A stretch of DNA of 63,737 nt, filler included, from Octopus bimaculoides (GCF_001194135.2; 4 parts of 4 records of this genome joined end to end with filler, not necessarily neighbours in it), one strand, 5' to 3'. Counted from the first letter of the whole stretch, positions 1 to 13,000 are shown. Notes: generated from the sequence alone by a model not told the origin. Program-made: numbers and translations.

Positions 1-33
<33 letters not shown>

Positions 34-41
34 TGATGATG

Positions 42-99
<58 letters not shown>

Positions 100-113
100 T
101 GATGATGATGATG

Positions 114-195
<82 letters not shown>

Positions 196-203
196 TGATG
201 ATG

Positions 204-264
<61 letters not shown>
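1..264. repeat. (TAA)n microsatellite with (TGA)n interruptions
   Basis: Directly visible; explains the poly-Ile/Met ORF 30..299. Confidence 0.98.
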
Positions 265-659
265 TACTAGCTATACTAGGACAAATGTGGCCGTCTTAAG
301 TGCATCCATGAGCACGTGATGATATGATATTGAGAAGTAGTGAGAAATATTTCGAATACGAAATTATATTCTCACATTAAAGGTAAGTTAAATGTGTTAT
401 CTAATAATATTTTGCTGTTCGGTTGCGAACATCATCGAAAATTGTGCAGAATAAAGAAAAAATAACGGAGATCGAACGAGATCAATTAGGAATAGATTTG
501 GGAGAAAAAAGAAGTCACGAGAAAGGTCGAACATTTTTTCTTGATTTTTATATATTCATTATTATTATTATTATTATTATTAGTAGTAGTAGTAGTAGTA
601 TTTTTTTTTTTGGTTTGCATCCGCGTAATTAACTGCTAAATACTGGTTGTTGCGAAGAT

Positions 660-775
660 TGTTTTTGCTGTTGCCTAAACCCCAGGTCAATCATTATTGA
701 ACAAATTGATGATCCGACAATAATTTTCTTTCAGACACCGCGATATATCCAGGATTGTATTATCTGACGTTTGTC
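660..775 (-). mobile_element. Degenerate copy of a (CAA)n-tailed interspersed repeat
   Basis: ttgcctaaaccccaggtcaatc...aattgatgatc resembles the reverse complement of the 3' end of the copy at 54200-54443 (gatcatatgtccgcttaatgaagttcaaccggagctaaacaacaac). Confidence 0.35.
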
Positions 776-973
776 TTACACACACACACACGCACACACA
801 TACATTCTGTCACTGTCTGTCTGTCTGTCTGTCTCTCTCACACACACTCGTGAAATATACACGATAGTATTAAACAGAAATAATGAGAGCTCAATACTGC
901 AGTTAGCGCATAAATATTCTTTACTTGCAGATTAATCAGACTACCAGCTCACGGTTAATTCACGAATTAAGTA

Positions 974-1009
<36 letters not shown>

Positions 1010-1120
1010 TATATATATAGGTGAGAAAGTTGGTATATACATTCATTCATACATACGAATATAACTACGTACATATATTCAATCATACATACGTACGCAC
1101 ATATCTATCACTCTTATTAT

Positions 1121-1177
<57 letters not shown>

Positions 1178-1246
1178 TTTTGTTTTCAGAATGAGATAAA
1201 ACAAAAAACGAAGGCTGTGAAGATTTTAGAAAATATATAAATAGAA

Positions 1247-1296
1247 CGTCTTACAGCTGTTTCCAGGATATTTATTATATCCCTTCATCGGAGGCG
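1247..1296 (-). ncRNA. Decayed minimal type I hammerhead ribozyme motif
   Basis: Minus strand reads cgcct-CCGATGA-a-gggatat-aataa-atatcct-g-GAAA-CAGCTG-TA-agacg. Core has U4->C; stem II 7 bp including one G.U; palindromic stem III ACAGCTGT; GUA site; stem I 4/5 bp. Confidence 0.45.
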
Positions 1297-1614
1297 GTGT
1301 GAGAGAATGGTTAAACAATAGTTAATTTATATAAGATACGAAATAGAGAGTGAAGTGGAGGAATGAAATTAGATGTGAGATATGCAGGGATATTGCACTT
1401 GTAGATCCATTATTTAGGCAGAAAGGTATACATATAAGATTCCAATACCTTGTGAGTAAATTCCAATAGTATTTAAAATTGATCATTCCAAGAATAAAGT
1501 TTGTACACAGTGCTATTGAAATCACCGAACCTGGAGCTTAACTATGGTTTATCCATAGCATTTACTCAGCATTACCTGACACCTTTGGGTCTTACGGACA
1601 CCATTACCTCTTAT

Positions 1615-1722
<108 letters not shown>

Positions 1723-1853
1723 TATATATGTATATGTACATATATATACACACAAATATATGTGTATGTATATGTATATATACATACATATATATATACA
1801 CACATATATATGTATATATATATATACATATACATACATGCAAATATACATAC

Positions 1854-1912
<59 letters not shown>

Positions 1913-1937
1913 TGTGTGTGTGTGTGTGTGTGTGTGT

Positions 1938-2226
1938 ATTAAAGTAAAAAGAGAGACAAACAAATTGGCACGGCTTGACAAGGACATTTAGTTTAATGTA
2001 ATTCTGTAATGAAAAGTAGATACAGTCTCTCACGGTTGTTTCTGCGATATCCCAGGTATTAGAACACCCTGTATGATGTTCTAATGTTCCAGTTGCTGGG
2101 ATATCCCTGAAACAGCTGTCAGACTATCTCTAAGTTTCATTTTAGAACTAGATTATAGGATTGAATTAAATTAATTTGTCCTTGTCAAGTTCTGCCAATT
2201 TGTTTGCTTCTCCATTTTGATATTAA
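1938..2226. repeat. ~290-bp imperfect inverted duplication centred on an HHR-like hairpin
   Basis: 1957-1986 vs reverse complement of 2177-2206 match 27/30. Inner pairs: gatatcccag/ctgggatatc and attagaaca/tgttctaat. The right arm carries GAAACAGCTGTC-agact; the left arm carries a degenerate reverse-complement copy (gaaacaaccgtgagagact). Confidence 0.7.
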
Positions 2227-2399
2227 CTTATACCTAATGACTCAAGGGGAAGCCACTTCTAGCCGCTTTCGATAAGGCACTCACAAAACCACAACTTCAA
2301 CCGCCATTCATACTGGCCGGATTTTAGTGAGATACTTATTGGAGCAGCAAGATCTCATAACTGTTGGTTTCAGTCATACAGACCAAAACTCCTTGTATT

Positions 2400-2441
<42 letters not shown>

Positions 2442-3326
2442 ACATTCGTTTATATTCATAAACATTTCCAATATTTTTCAAATTTAGCCAGTCAAAATTA
2501 AGACATTTATTTGCCTTCATTTATGTCACTCGCTTTACTCTATACGTATGTATANNNNNNNNNNNNNNNNNNNNNNNNNNNNNNNNNNNNNNNNNNNNNN
2601 NNNNNNNNNNNNNNNNNNNNNNNNNNNNNNNNNNNNNNNNNNNNNNNNNNNNNNNNNNNNNNNNNNNNNNNNNNNNNNNNNNNNNNNNNNNNNNNNNNNN
2701 NNNNNNNNNNNNNNNNNNNNNNNNNNNNNNNNNNNNNNNNNNNNNNNNNNNNNNNNNNNNNNNNNNNNNNNNNNNNNNNNNNNNNNNNNNNNNNNNNNNN
2801 NNNNNNNNNNNNNNNNNNNNNNNNNNNNNNNNNNNNNNNNNNNNNNNNNNNNNNNNNNNNNNNNNNNNNNNNNNNNNNNNNNNNNNNNNNNNNNNNNNNN
2901 NNNNNNNNNNNNNNNNNNNNNNNNNNNNNNNNNNNNNNNNNNNNNNNNNNNNNNNNNNNNNNNNNNNNNNNNNNNNNNNNNNNNNNNNNNNNNNNNNNNN
3001 NNNNNNNNNNNNNNNNNNNNNNNNNNNNNNNNNNNNNNNNNNNNNNNNNNNNNNNNNNNNNNNNNNNNNNNNNNNNNNNNNNNNNNNNNNNNNNNNNNNN
3101 NNNNNNNNNNNNNNNNNNNNNNNNNNNNNNNNNNNNNNNNNNNNNNNNNNNNNNNNNNNNNNNNNNNNNNNNNNNNNNNNNNNNNNNNNNNNNNNNNNNN
3201 NNNNNNNNNNNNNNNNNNNNNNNNNNNNNNNNNNNNNNNNNNNNNNNNNNNNNNNNNNNNNNNNNNNNNNNNNNNNNNNNNNNNNNNNNNNNNNNNNNNN
3301 NNNNNNNNNNNNNNNNNNNNNNNNNN

Positions 3327-3399
<73 letters not shown>

Positions 3400-3947
3400 T
3401 GGGTTTTTTTTTGCCCACAAGGGACCAACGCATATATAAGTGTGTGTATGTGCGTGTTTGTGTGTATGCGTGCGTGTGTGTATGTGTGTGTGAGTAAGTG
3501 AATGTGTGTGCGTTCGTGTGTAGTGTATATACATATGAATGACTTCATATATACGCACCAATAGACAACTTAGGCAACGACAAACGCGCGGTAGAACACG
3601 TCGAAGACTAACATCCCATTTCTTCACCTCATCACCCAACAATACGCATGCGCGTACATACACGGGCGCACAAACGCGTTCACACCCACATGCGTTTTTA
3701 CACGCACATACAAAGGCATACTGATATATACACATACATATATATATACTTATTTATATGCATATATATGAATATATACAAATATTTTATCCATCTATAC
3801 ATACATGCAAATATATATATGTACGTACTTATAATACACATGAATATNNNNNNNNNNNNNNNNNNNNNNNNNNNNNNNNNNNNNNNNNNNNNNNNNNNNN
3901 NNNNNNNNNNNNNNNNNNNNNNNNNNNNNNNNNNNNNNNNNNNNNNN

Positions 3948-3980
<33 letters not shown>

Positions 3981-4464
3981 AATGTTTGTGCTTAGGTATG
4001 TATATACGGCTATCTTTCTATTTCCTCTCCTCTTCACCAAAATCTCATCCAAGCGAATACATCAACGTCATCTCTATGTCATTTGTGTTAAAGGGAAATT
4101 TGAAATTATTTTCTCGGCTTTTGTAGTTTATATTCTGTTGGCTCTAAAACTCTCTGTGTGGTGGGGGTCTTTATATTTCTACAATATTTGCTACGTTTCT
4201 TGTTGTTGTTGTTATTTTCTCGATATTTCTGATAATGCTATTGTTTTTGTAGTGCTTACGGTATTGTTGATGGGGTTGTTGCCGTTTGTCTATGTTTTGG
4301 CTTCTTCATTTTCGGCTTTTGTCGATGGTGCTGTTGCCGTTGTTGACTTTATTCAACAGTAATATTGATGGTGTAATCTTTGTTCTTGTTGTTGCTGTTG
4401 TGGTTGGCGTTGTTATTAATGATTTCTAGTTGTAGTATTCATTGTTAAATGAATGCCTCTTTAC

Positions 4465-4791
4465 TGTTATTATTATTGTTCAGTAGTTTTATTTTTATAA
4501 CGTGCTTTCACTTCACTACCGAGCGCAGCTCTGTGCGCTTGGGTATGTGTTGTGGTTTGCTGTGGTGCTCTTATGTTTACTGTATTGAAAGTGTTTTGCG
4601 TAGAATGTGTGCAGTACCCAGTAGTGCAATTTTCTGTATGTTATATATATTTGTAAGTCCTGGTGTTTTTGTTATGTATTTGTCTGAATATTTTTTTATT
4701 ATACCTAAGGCACCTACTACGATAGGAATTGTTTCTGTTTTTAGATTCCACATTCGAGTTATCTCTATTTCTAGGTCTTTGTATTTTGAAA
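4465..4791 (-). mobile_element. 3' end of an R4/Dong-type (R2-group, REL-endonuclease) non-LTR retrotransposon
   Basis: Open minus-strand frame 4789->4577 SKYKDLEIEITRMWNLKTETIPIVVGALGIIKKYSDKYITKTPGLTNIYNIQKIALLGTAHILRKTLSIQ* matches the typical R4/Dong C-terminus (PIVVGALG...QK.ALLGTAHILR). A short 3' UTR ends in (AAT)n; the 5' part runs into an N gap. Confidence 0.85.
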
Positions 4792-5239
4792 NNNNNNNNN
4801 NNNNNNNNNNNNNNNNNNNNNNNNNNNNNNNNNNNNNNNNNNNNNNNNNNNNNNNNNNNNNNNNNNNNNNNNNNNNNNNNNNNNNNNNNNNNNNNNNNNN
4901 NNNNNNNNNNNNNNNNNNNNNNNNNNNNNNNNNNNNNNNNNNNNNNNNNNNNNNNNNNNNNNNNNNNNNNNNNNNNNNNNNNNNNNNNNNNNNNNNNNNN
5001 NNNNNNNNNNNNNNNNNNNNNNNNNNNNNNNNNNNNNNNNNNNNNNNNNNNNNNNNNNNNNNNNNNNNNNNNNNNNNNNNNNNNNNNNNNNNNNNNNNNN
5101 NNNNNNNNNNNNNNNNNNNNNNNNNNNNNNNNNNNNNNNNNNNNNNNNNNNNNNNNNNNNNNNNNNNNNNNNNNNNNNNNNNNNNNNNNNNNNNNNNNNN
5201 NNNNNNNNNNNNNNNNNNNNNNNNNNNNNNNNNNNNNNN

Positions 5240-5517
5240 AAAGTCGACTTCGGCGGAATTTGAACTCAGAACGTAACGGCAGACGAAATACCTATTTCTT
5301 TACTGCCCACAAGGGGCTACACACAGAGGGGACAAACAAGAACAGACAAACGGATTAAGTCGATTATATCGACCCCAGTGCGTAACTGGTACGTAATTTA
5401 TCGACCCCGAAAGGATGAAAGGCAAAGTCGACCTCGGCGGAATTTGAACTCAGAACGTAGCGGCAGACGAAATACCGCTAAGCATTTCACCCGGCGTGCT
5501 AACGTTTCTGCCAGCTC
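5240..5517 (-). mobile_element. tRNA-derived SINE family B plus a partial second tandem unit
   Basis: Minus strand gagctggcagaaacgttagcacgccggg...gagttcaaattccgccgaggtcgac (A/B-box-like). Segment 5240-5291 repeats the internal part of the unit. Confidence 0.85.
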
Positions 5518-5519
5518 AG

Positions 5520-5663
5520 AGCTTCTTTCAGTTTCCGTCCACCAAATCCACTTCCAGATCTTTGGTCGGCCTGAAGCTATTACAGAAGACACTTTCCCAA
5601 GGTGCCACGCAGTGAGACTGAACCCGGAACCATACGGTTGGGTAGCAAGCTTCTTACGACACA
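5520..5663 (-). mobile_element. tRNA-derived SINE family A, 5' half
   Basis: Reverse complement matches the head of the copies at 25555 and 53434 (gtaagaagcttgctacccaacc...gggttcagtc...ggatttggtggacggaaactgaaagaagc). Confidence 0.8.
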
Positions 5664-6435
5664 TCTTTGTGTTAATTCCTTATTTAGGTGTTTGTTGAGT
5701 TTTATTTTGGTGGTGCGTTGTTTATAAAGCATTGTGTTTGAAGTATTTTTCTTTCATTTGAGATTAGGATATTTTTTCTTGCGGTAACAGTGTTTGTTAC
5801 AGCATTAAAAAAAAACTTTTCTCCTCCAAATGCCTTCGTTGCATTGTGAAATATATTTTATATCTGCGTCTGTATATGTTTTGCGAAATCTACAAACTGT
5901 ATTATTTCATACTGCTAAATCTACATACTGTATACATACTAGTATCTTTAAAAGTGCTAATGTTGTTAAATAACGAAAGCTTTGTTTCTGTTTTCGAACT
6001 GATTTTGTTGCGATTGTCGAAGTTTGTAAATATGTATTTGTTTTCTTCATCGACGGGAAAGTATTTTCTGATAATTATTGGTAGATGGTCTGTGAGTGGT
6101 AGCGAGGAGCAGAAAGTGGAGATCTATTGTTGCTGTGATTTCTTTATCTATGAATTTATTTTACCAACATTGTGTTCCGAATAAACAAAATTAAACTCTT
6201 TAATTCAGGAGCAAAACTCCACAAAACAAACAAAAGCATGACTCTTTTATTTTCTACAATCATCAGAAATAAAATATAGTCTGTACATCATCCAGCATTT
6301 GAGAATTAGTTATGCGACGATGAACTGATAGTTAAAGGTTTTGAAAATCTGCATTGGTCAAACTCAGTTCACTCCAAACTCTGCAATGGACGTATTGACC
6401 GAAATTTCCAGCATCTCATATATTGATAAATATAT

Positions 6436-6757
6436 AGGCGCAGGCTGTGTGGTAAGAAGCTTGCTCCCCAACCACATGGTTCCGGTTTCAGTCCCACTGC
6501 GTGACATTTTAGACAAGTGTCTTCTACTATAACCCGTGTGTGTGTGCGTGTATTTGTGTGACGGCGTTTGTCCCCCCACCTACCATCATTTGATGTTGGT
6601 CCGCTTACGTTCCTGAAACTTAGCGGTTCGGCGAATGAGACCGATAGTATAAGTACAAAGCTTACAAAGAATAATTCCTGGGATCGATTTGTTCGATCAA
6701 AGGCGGTGATCAGGCATGGCCGCAGTTAGATGACCGAACCAAATAAAAGAACGAATA
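6436..6757 (+). mobile_element. SINE family A, near full length with internal deletion
   Basis: aggcgcaggctgtgtggtaagaagc...ggtttcagtccc head; body aacttagcggttcggc...aaggcggtg...catggccgcagt; A-rich tail. Confidence 0.85.
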
Positions 6758-6782
6758 TAATTTTTTTTCATTATACATGCTT

Positions 6783-6890
6783 AAGTCATTGGACAGCGGT
6801 CATGCCAGGGCACTTCGAAAGGTTTAATTGACAAAACACGACCCTAGCACTTATTTTCAAAATCTGGTACTTAATCTGTTGACCTCTTTT
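6783..6890 (-). mobile_element. Degenerate SINE family A 3' fragment, tail-to-tail with the previous copy
   Basis: agtcattggacagcggtcatgccagggcac resembles the reverse complement of the family A 3' end (gtgctccagcatggccgcagtcaaatgact). Confidence 0.55.
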
Positions 6891-7470
6891 ACCTGTGAAG
6901 CAAACACGAAGGCAAAGAGGTTTAAAAACAGGTTCGTTAAATGAATGCAGTAGGGATGAAGCTGGTGTGTGTCGGGGAAAAAAGTAGATGTGATGAATAG
7001 AAAGAGGCAAGGGAAGAGGAAGCGCATATTAGGAATTCGATGTGATCTGAACTGTTCTTGGTCGGGTGCAGACAAGGAGAACAATTAAAGAGGGTCTGTA
7101 ACCCGCTCGACTACATTTAACGGGCAGACAATTATTCAGTGAACGATGTAAACGGACACACAAATACGCGCATTTACACATACAGCAACTACCTCCAATA
7201 CACGTAACTGGTGGGAGAGAAAGAGAGAGAGAGAGGGAGCGAGGAACAGAAGAAAAGAGAGAGTAGAAGAATGAGAGGAAATAGGATTCAGCACAGTTTT
7301 CGTCCACCAAATTCCACGCCCAGGATGTTGAGAAGACCTGTGTGTAAGAGTACCACCAAGTGGAAACGAACCCAGCACAGCTTTTTTTGCACAGAGACCT
7401 TCATGACCACCAAGCCAAGCTTGGTGAGGGTGCACGTGCACGCATGTATATACGCATACATATGTGTGTA

Positions 7471-7564
<94 letters not shown>

Positions 7565-7966
7565 NNNNNNNNNNNNNNNNNNNNNNNNNNNNNNNNNNNN
7601 NNNNNNNNNNNNNNNNNNNNNNNNNNNNNNNNNNNNNNNNNNNNNNNNNNNNNNNNNNNNNNNNNNNNNNNNNNNNNNNNNNNNNNNNNNNNNNNNNNNN
7701 NNNNNNNNNNNNNNNNNNNNNNNNNNNNNNNNNNNNNNNNNNNNNNNNNNNNNNNNNNNNNNNNNNNNNNNNNNNNNNNNNNNNNNNNNNNNNNNNNNNN
7801 NNNNNNNNNNNNNNNNNNNNNNNNNNNNNNNNNNNNNNNNNNNNNNNNNNNNNNNNNNNNNNNNNNNNNNNNNNNNNNNNNNNNNNNNNNNNNNNNNNNN
7901 NNNNNNNNNNNNNNNNNNNNNNNNNNNNNNNNNNNNNNNNNNNNNNNNNNNNNNNNNNNNNNNNNN

Positions 7967-8220
7967 CCCCAGGAGGACATCTCCTCCAGCTGGCTTATCG
8001 ACACACGACTGTGTCCTGTTTGCCAAGGGAGTTATCCCTCTCACCGCGACCAGCAGCACGAACGTTCGTGCTGGTCGCGGTGAGAGGGATAACTCCCTTG
8101 GCAAACAGGACACAGTCGTGTGTCGATAAGCCAGCTGGAGGAGATGTCCTCCTGGGGCTAAAAGCAACAGTAACATCCACCCCTAGGGGTCAGCCACACT
8201 TAAGTGGCAATATACTACAC
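7967..8220. repeat. 191-bp zero-loop palindrome (7967-8157) plus tail, related to the 42417-43585 element
   Basis: Arms of 97 and 94 nt differ only by one 3-nt indel; axis at 8063/8064 (AAC|GTT). The arm and tail (ctcccttggcaaa...agccagctggaggagatgtcctcctggggcta...gccacacttaagtggcaat) align to 43450-43575. Confidence 0.9.
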
Positions 8221-8364
8221 TTTATATATATATATATATATGTATATATAAATTTGGATGTTTAGCTATATATATGTATAAATATATGTGCGTGTGTGTA
8301 TATATATTTATATATATATATACATACATATGTATATATATATATATATATATAGAGGGAGGGA

Positions 8365-8413
<49 letters not shown>

Positions 8414-9134
8414 AGAGAGAGAGAAGGTGAAGGAGAGATAGAATGAATGAAAAAAAAAAAACTAAAAGAAGTGTGTTCAGTGAGAAGAGAGCCAGAGAAT
8501 ATGATATGAAGGTATTTTCTACACAAGGGAGGAGAGAGGTGTGTAATTTGAGATACGAAAGAATGTACTGTTAGGATTCAAAAGTATTAAACAAACACAC
8601 GCCAAAGAGAAGAAAACTGAAGCTAGAAAGAAAGAAAAATATCATAAGCAAAATAATAATACAAATATACACACCAAATAATAACAAATAAGAAAAAGTA
8701 AAAGAAATCGAAGGAACAAAGCAAAGATGGCGGAGAAAATGTCGTCTGCATAATTGAAGAAAAGAAAACAATGAGTAAAATATAAAGAAATTGATGAAAA
8801 TACTGAAATAATATATGAAGGAAGAATGACTGAAGGGAAGGAAGGAAGTGGAATAAAAAAAGAGAAAGAAATTCGGATGTTGTGAAGAATAGAAAAGTTA
8901 GATAAGAAGCTGTGATATAAGTACATAAATGTTTTAGTAAGAGACTTTGCCGAAGACAGCTGAGTTAATGATAGAAAAGAAAATGGAGAGTTTTCTTCAG
9001 AACAAACACATACCTCAACTGGCAATTTGCACGCCCGCCTAGGTGTGATTGTGTGAGTTTATATACACACACACATATGTATACACGTATAAACGTATAT
9101 ATCCATACACGCACAGATATATATATAATGTATG

Positions 9135-9168
<34 letters not shown>

Positions 9169-9174
9169 CATATG

Positions 9175-9243
<69 letters not shown>

Positions 9244-9856
9244 NNNNNNNNNNNNNNNNNNNNNNNNNNNNNNNNNNNNNNNNNNNNNNNNNNNNNNNNN
9301 NNNNNNNNNNNNNNNNNNNNNNNNNNNNNNNNNNNNNNNNNNNNNNNNNNNNNNNNNNNNNNNNNNNNNNNNNNNNNNNNNNNNNNNNNNNNNNNNNNNN
9401 NNNNNNNNNNNNNNNNNNNNNNNNNNNNNNNNNNNNNNNNNNNNNNNNNNNNNNNNNNNNNNNNNNNNNNNNNNNNNNNNNNNNNNNNNNNNNNNNNNNN
9501 NNNNNNNNNNNNNNNNNNNNNNNNNNNNNNNNNNNNNNNNNNNNNNNNNNNNNNNNNNNNNNNNNNNNNNNNNNNNNNNNNNNNNNNNNNNNNNNNNNNN
9601 NNNNNNNNNNNNNNNNNNNNNNNNNNNNNNNNNNNNNNNNNNNNNNNNNNNNNNNNNNNNNNNNNNNNNNNNNNNNNNNNNNNNNNNNNNNNNNNNNNNN
9701 NNNNNNNNNNNNNNNNNNNNNNNNNNNNNNNNNNNNNNNNNNNNNNNNNNNNNNNNNNNNNNNTATATATATATATATATATACATAATTACATATATTT
9801 AGATATATTCTATAAATCCAAGTGCGTATATATGTATATAATGTATGTATATAAAC

Positions 9857-9892
<36 letters not shown>

Positions 9893-10364
9893 TTATGCAT
9901 ATACACAGACATAAATATGGAAGCTGATGTGTACGTTCTTGTGTGACGTACTGGCACGTGTGCCTGCATGTATAAACCACTTTCCATGCTTACCCCCAAC
10001 CCTCCAATATATTTGTTTGTGTTTCTGAGTATAATATGTGTGTTTGTGTATGTGTGTGTGAGTACTTGTTTATATCTTTCGTTCCGTGCGTATTTACACA
10101 CTCTTTCATGGAGGTGTCCTCATGTACTTTGACAATTATAGCTACCTATGTGTCATTTACTGGAAGATCACCCATGACCAACCAAATTATTCGAGAATGG
10201 CGTTCCAACAGTGACCATCTAGGCTATACTTCTATTAACGCTTCAGCTAAAGTTTTATTTTTCTAAGATATTTTGCTAAGATATCGTAGATATTTGGTGT
10301 CTCTTTCTAGGAATTCAGTCGACCATGGAAGAACTCCATTGCTGGTTCGGCATAAATGGTAGAC

Positions 10365-10395
<31 letters not shown>

Positions 10396-11366
10396 NNNNN
10401 NNNNNNNNNNNNNNNNNNNNNNNNNNNNNNNNNNNNNNNNNNNNNNNNNNNNNNNNNNNNNNNNNNNNNNNNNNNNNNNNNNNNNNNNNNNNNNNNNNNN
10501 NNNNNNNNNNNNNNNNNNNNNNNNNNNNNNNNNNNNNNNNNNNNNNNNNNNNNNNNNNNNNNNNNNNNNNNNNNNNNNNNNNNNNNNNNNNNNNNNNNNN
10601 NNNNNNNNNNNNNNNNNNNNNNNNNNNNNNNNNNNNNNNNNNNNNNNNNNNNNNNNNNNNNNNNNNNNNNNNNNNNNNNNNNNNNNNNNNNNNNNNNNNN
10701 NNNNNNNNNNNNNNNNNNNNNNNNNNNNNNNNNNNNNNNNNNNNNNNNNNNNNNNNNNNNNNNNNNNNNNNNNNNNNNNNNNNNNNNNNNNNNNNNNNNN
10801 NNNNNNNNNNNNNNNNNNNNNNNNNNNNNNNNNNNNNNNNNNNNNNNNNNNNNNNNNNNNNNNNNNNNNNNNNNNNNNNNNNNNNNNNNNNNNNNNNNNN
10901 NNNNNNNNNNNNNNNNNNNNNNNNNNNNNNNNNNNNNNNNNNNNNNNNNNNNNNNNNNNNNNNNNNNNNNNNNNNNNNNNNNNNNNNNNNNNNNNNNNNN
11001 NNNNNNNNNNNNNNNNNNNNNNNNNNNNNNNNNNNNNNNNNNNNNNNNNNNNNNNNNNNNNNNNNNNNNNNNNNNNNNNNNNNNNNNNNNNNNNNNNNNN
11101 NNNNNNNNNNNNNNNNNNNNNNNNNNNNNNNNNNNNNNNNNNNNNNNNNNNNNNNNNNNNNNNNNNNNNNNNNNNNNNNNNNNNNNNNNNNNNNNNNNNN
11201 NNNNNNNNNNNNNNNNNNNNNNNNNNNNNNNNNNNNNNNNNNNNNNNNNNNNNNNNNNNNNNNNNNNNNNNNNNNNNNNNNNNNNNNNNNNNNNNNNNNN
11301 NNNNNNNNNNNNNNNNNNNNNNNNNNNNNNNNNNNNNNNNNNNNNNNNNNNNNNNNNNNNNNNNNC

Positions 11367-11411
<45 letters not shown>

Positions 11412-11639
11412 TATGTATATATATATAGGTATATAAATACCCTCACAGTTTTATATATGTATATATATACATATATATATTAAAGCTTACATACATGCAT
11501 ACTCACAGATGAATATCTACACGTGCCGTTCTCTCACACATAAATGCGCTCTTCCCATACGTCATCGATATATAGCCACACATACACACACCGGCACACA
11601 TGTATACGTATTGGTATATAAATGTGTGTGTGTGTGTAT

Positions 11640-11644
11640 CAGTG

Positions 11645-11681
<37 letters not shown>

Positions 11682-11929
11682 TCTCACATACAAATGTTGA
11701 AAACCAAAAGGAAAGATAACACAGAATTAGAACAGAAGACAAGAGAAAAACGAGACAACAACAACAACAACGTCAACAACAACAACAACAACAACAATAA
11801 TAAAGTCTTTAACAACAAAGACAACAATAGCAAGATGAGTAAAAATAATATAAACACTAATGGCAACAATAAAACAGTAACAACATAATTGTATGCAACG
11901 CTCAGACACCCATACACACAAACACACAA

Positions 11930-11985
<56 letters not shown>

Positions 11986-11993
11986 GTGTAATA

Positions 11994-12024
<31 letters not shown>

Positions 12025-12251
12025 CAACAATGATGATGATGATGATGATGATGATGCGTCTGCGTGGTATATAACATGATTTTTGTTGATGTCGTGTCGC
12101 TCTATTTCCGGTTCCGTTGTGGAACGTGACATAAGTGAAGTGAAATCCAACTAAGGAATCCCGATGTATCACGGTCTGCATTTCTTATTTCTCACCTTCA
12201 TCCCTCTCTTCTTCATCTATCTCTCTCGCTCTCAGACATACACACATTCTC

Positions 12252-12292
<41 letters not shown>

Positions 12293-13000
12293 ATCTCTCT
12301 TTCTCAGGCGCTCTCTCTCTCAGTATCTCTCTTTCTCAGGCGCTCTCTCTCTATCTCCACTGCTCTCTCTCTATCTCCACTGCTCTCACTCACCCTCCTT
12401 TCTTTCATACTCTCTCATAATCTCCCTTTTTCTCTCGCTTGCTCCCACTCTCTCTCTCTGTGTCTTCATCGTCCAGGCTCTTCCTCCCTCTCTCTCCCTC
12501 TGTCTTTGTCTCTATTTCTCATTCTCTTGACTCCTTTGTCTTTCTCTCTCTGTCTCTCTTTCCGTTCCTCTCACTTATCTCTTTTCTCTCTCCTTCATTT
12601 TCTCTTTTCATCTCTCTTTCATTCCCTCATGGCCTCTCTCTTTCTCATACACCTCCTTTACTCATTAACTACCCCCATCCCCCGTTGTCTCCTTTTATAC
12701 ACAAACGTCTTTCTTTCTCCCTCTTCCCCCACCTCTTTTGCTGTCACTCTCCCCCATAATCTCTCACTTCGCTGTGTCTCTCTGTCACAGTCTCTCTATC
12801 TCTCGGCTTTCCACTCTCTATTTTCTTTCTCACATCACCCACTCTCTCTCTTTCTCTCTCATGCACACACACACACACGCACACACACACACGCACACAC
12901 TCTCTTTCTCTCCCTTTCTTTCTCTCTGTTTCTCCTACACTCACACCTGTCGTCTGCTAACTCTCTCCCACACTTTATTGTCAATAACGTCGCCATGTTT
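11640..13000. repeat. Compound low-complexity tract (GA, CAA, TA, TAA, TGA, CT, CA)
   Basis: Directly visible; includes short local duplications at 12290-12390. Confidence 0.9.

Noticed and set aside
10100-10350. HGGVLMYFDNYSYLCVIY... as a LINE endonuclease or exon
   Set aside because: Similarity is too short and no consistent splice sites or further motifs were found.
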